A stretch of DNA of 64,000 nucleotides from Octopus vulgaris (lineage: Eukaryota), in assembly GCA_951406725.2 (NCBI GenBank), contig OX597827.1:78616001-78680000 (forward strand), in the 5' to 3' direction. Position 1 is the first letter of the stretch. Each line of letters begins with the position of its first letter. The notes beneath the pieces were generated by a model. The model ran no database searches. It had not been told where the DNA came from and saw nothing but the letters and a program-made list of their open reading frames with translations. This document shows, one piece after another, positions 60,120 to 64,000 of the stretch. The position numbers were made by a program, and so were the translations under genes.

Positions 60120-61599
60120 CTGAAAGGGAGGTAATCCGATTCCTACCTGTTTGACACAAACCAGTGATGTCATTCAATAAGCTAGAAATAGCAGCCAACT
60201 TTCTTTCAAATTACACCTGCTGTCTTAAATAAAGGATGCACTGGACAAAGTAATCGTAGATAGACATAAACTGGAACGATTTGGATGCTGACGAAGGCTG
60301 GACTTGGAGCCTAAACAATAACAACCCGACCGGATTAATCAGACATCATGTCATTAATTAATTCATAATTGAAATCAAATTATTGACACTCAAAATTATT
60401 TCAGAGTGATGTCTTGCACATCACTGATCACCTGTGGATGACCTACGGTTAAATAGCTTACCAAACACCGGCGTCACAGCGGCCTTATCCCAATATAATG
60501 AGAATAATTACTTTAATATTATTTAATAAACTTTTCGAAGGCTGAAGTTCATTAGGATATTTCCTGTCTCCAAACCCCAAGACACCTCGCCCTTAATTTT
60601 GACAAAAAATAAATAAGTAAACGTAAAACCAAGCCTTGCTACTGACCTAACGACAACAGATAGATCACCATGATCAGTCTATAGTTATTTTGCTCCTAGG
60701 GTTAAAACTGGCTTCTGAAAACGAACTTCTATCCATCCTCAAGATTCCCGTAGAGGCAGCCAACCCCATTGTTGAATAAAATTAAGGTTAACAACGTTTT
60801 GCATTGTCCAACGTCTTGGCACAGAAAGAGAAGTCATGCGGAGACAGACTCAAACATGTCTTTTAATAAAGGAAAGCCAGGCTTTTCACTAATAATGAGA
60901 ATACTTTATATTAACAATTTGAGAACCTCTGCTCTGGGACCCACGGAAAATTTTCGGGACATATCTTTAAAGAGTAATACTGTCGACGTCCGAAGTAGGG
61001 TAATTGAGTTAGGTCCAATTACAAATCACAACCAACAATTAACAACCTTTCTGCCAGGTACAAATATCAATTCGATGCAGTATTTGAAATGGTAACTATA
61101 TTTTATCGATCCCAGACGGATAAAAGTCTCAACTTCGGCGGAATTCGAAGTAGAAATGTAAAGAGTGGTAAAGCAAAACACCACAAGGTATTTTGTTGAA
61201 CGCTCCACATTCTCTGTAACCATTAGAAACAGGCAGACACAGTTGAAGACTGGAAATTTCAATTATTTTGTAATAAGTATTAATTGTTGTCACATTTCCA
61301 ACCTGGTCACCATTCTATTCCAGTGTGTGAATAGGGTCAAATATTCTGGCTGTGCTGGTGGAAAGCTATGTACACCCATCAGCAGACCCAATTACAAAAG
61401 GCGCTCCAGCTGTGACCATCCTATCATTTATTTTCATTTTTTTTTTTTTTTGTATATCAGGATTATCATTTTCCTGCCCGAGGTCAACTTTGCTTTTCAA
61501 TCGTTTCGAAGGTCGATAAAATAAAATACCAATCAAGTCGATACAATCGATCTCCACTCATTTCAAAAGTTGGCTTTCATCATCATCATCATCATCATC

Positions 61600-61633
<34 letters not shown>

Positions 61634-62149
61634 CGGCTGCAAGCTGGCAGAACCGTTAGCTCTCCGGACAAAATGCATCGCGACATTTCATTCGGTTTTA
61701 CGTTCTGAGTTCAAATTCCGTCCAGATCGAACTTATCCTTTCAGGGTCGATAAACCAAAAAGCAGTTGAGCACAGGGGCTCGATATAATCGACTGACCGA
61801 CCCCCTATCCATCCAATTCTTCAGCCTTTGGGCCTTTAGTGGAAAGGATTGTTATTATGAAACGCCAAACCGAATGTTTTTGCAGTTTCTTCTACTATTA
61901 ACAAAAGTCTTGGACATTTTTCAGTGCAGCTGGGACCCGATAAAATATATTAGTGATAAACGATCAACTCTTTTGTTAGAAATCATTTTATATTTTATGA
62001 AAGACACCAGAAATGCTGTCTCACAGACCACACACTTAAACAAAACAAACAAGAAAAAGCATTTATACTTTAGTCGCATGGTTAATGACTAATGATTTAA
62101 CATGACAACCCCCCACCACCACCACATAAGTTGTGTAAGAAACACTGAT

Positions 62150-62590
62150 TAAAGGCCGAGCTCCTATCTAGGTGACCTGCTAGAAATAGCAGTCAAATTT
62201 ACTTGAAATTATACTCTTGTCTTTAAAAGAGACATATCAGATAATGTGCTCCCAGATATCCCCCATAAAACAGAGTGGTCACGGTTGGAATGTCTTTGAT
62301 TATAGTCTGTCTGCTCGATCAAACCTGATTTGGGGTTAAACAACAATGCAACCTGCACAAACCAAACACTGAGCAGGCCAACGATGATGACTCTTGTATA
62401 TAGTTCGTTCATTTGCTAGAAATAGCAACCAAACGTCCCTCAAATTGCACACCCCACTGTCTTGCAAAAAACGAAAGACATACTGAATGTGGTCCTAAAT
62501 ACACAGAAAGGAAGACGGGATGGTCACAGATGGAACGTCTTTTGATTACAAGGTCTGCTCGATCAGAGCTAATTCGGTGTCAAACAACTG
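62150..62590 (+). repeat. Tandem pair of an old interspersed repeat (family E; other copies ~170-330, 740-870, 1230-1570, 20210-20440, 34720-34900 -, 45555-45750 -, 48510-48670, 60180-60325)
   Basis: Recurrent GCTAGAAATAGCAGCCAAAT...GGATGGTCATGGCTGGAATGYCTTTGAT...GGGGCTAAACAAC motifs. Confidence 0.65.
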
Positions 62591-63282
62591 AGTAAAGTCT
62601 GTAAAGTAAAACACCTGCGGCCCCTTGGACTAAGTACAACCTCCCCATAAAAGACTGACAATTAGGGAGTTTAAAATGGGGGACAGCGGGGGCCAGGGTT
62701 AAGATTAACAAATCCTTAGAGGTTAAATCAGGATGGAATCATATTTGTAGACAAAAATATTGAACCAGTTTTTTCTTGAATCTCTGCTGAGAGGAAAACG
62801 AAGACGAAGACTTTTACCTCATCTTTAATTAATTATAATTATTTCTAATTATTTTTATATTTGACAGTTCCATCTCTCGTAGTCTGTGCTGCGATGATGT
62901 TAATACATGTAATAGTGGCCGAAAATGAGGAGAAAATTTGTGCAGATTGGCAAAGGCCAACGAATATCTTCTGCCTTAACTACAATAAATAAATTGTGAC
63001 TTTTGTGTTGCAAACACATTCCTAGAAACAGTGGACAGCATGCTGCCTGGAAGTTGGTTTTCTTTGGGAAAAGTCTGTAATTTGAGGGTAATTACATAGG
63101 ATAGACGATAGAGCGAATGTCTGAGGAGACGAAGAAATAGGTGAGTCGACTCAGGTTGGTCGAGATAATAAAGAAACAGGACGGGGAAGGCCATCGCTTC
63201 TACGCAGCTGGGAATCTCTGATAAATCGACATGACACAAGGAAAACAAACGATTCGACGAAATAAATCGAGGTTGATCTTAC

Positions 63283-63600
63283 CTTGAACAGCACAAAAGA
63301 AGCAGCAAACGCTTCTGGAATCGAGTCGGAATCGAATAAGATGGGCAACAATGATGTAATGTGGCTGTGTGACGGGGTTAATGTCGAATAAACAAGAGAT
63401 GTTTACATCTGGAGTCGGAGAGAGAGAAATGAGAGAAGCAACACATTAGAGACTGAAAGGTCATGTGAGGGAGAAGACAGGCGCGCAAATTAACACACTA
63501 TGGAAGACACGACACGTCTCCACAAACAACGGTCAAACGGATCGTCGTGTCACTTGGTTGCCGTTGCTTTCGTTCAATTATACCTAATCAAATTGTTTTG
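63283..63600 (-). promoter_or_regulatory. Candidate first exon and promoter of ZNF-C
   Basis: Donor CAAG|GTAAGA (exon end 63283). CpG-rich unique sequence with GCGCGC, an inverted GACACGAC/GTCGTGTC pair and a GTTGCC half X-box-like motif. Confidence 0.45.
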
Positions 63601-64000
63601 TGAATATTAACTTGTGTTCTTGTAGTCGGTGTTTTGTTATTGGTTTGTTACTGCTTGCTTTTGTTGTTGTCTTTGTGATGTAGTTTCTTTGTTGGATAAT
63701 CGATTTGAATCACATAGGTACTTCCGTACTTACAGCATGTGATAAATTATTTCCCTTTATAAGAGCCTTTTATATATAAAAAAAAAATCCATTATACTCT
63801 TATATAAACACACAAGCAGATATTTATATACATACATGCATACACGAATACATACATATATACATATGTATGTGTGTGTATGTATGTACATAAATATATA
63901 TATATGTGTGTGTATTATGTACATAAATATATATATGTATGTATATATACACACGTATGGCTACATATATATTATATATGTACACATGTATAATACATGT

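Overview
This is AT-rich, repeat-dense eukaryotic DNA. The mix of tRNA-derived SINEs, RTE tails, long (TA)n tracts and clustered C2H2 genes points to a cephalopod (Octopus-like) genome; that is an inference, not a database result. Three C2H2 zinc-finger genes, each with its CDS in one exon, are present: ZNF-A (13760-15742 +, 12 canonical fingers plus one degenerate), ZNF-B (28906-29514 -, 6 fingers) and ZNF-C (52056-53519 -, 6 fingers behind about 28 copies of a Cys/Gln/Asn 9-aa repeat). The rest is mostly nested transposons: a mariner with an open 343-codon ORF, two maT/DD37D-like copies, Tigger, Tc1, RTE and CR1 remnants, piggyBac- and hAT-like MITEs and several SINE families. Main leads: (1) ten consecutive ZNF-A fingers share one recognition helix, HQTTLxN, suggesting a reader of a trinucleotide repeat such as (AGT)n. 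(2) A diverged ~3.6-4.1 kb duplication of the region upstream of ZNF-B contains a ~180-bp core that differs at only 4 positions, folds into hairpins and overlaps box C/D motifs. (3) In the second copy of that duplication, the mariner ORF sits behind a splice acceptor, a possible domestication. (4) There is a hidden 149-bp palindrome with hammerhead-core-like motifs and an old 40-bp CAGGTG array. Coordinates of degraded repeats are approximate, and all alignments were done by eye.
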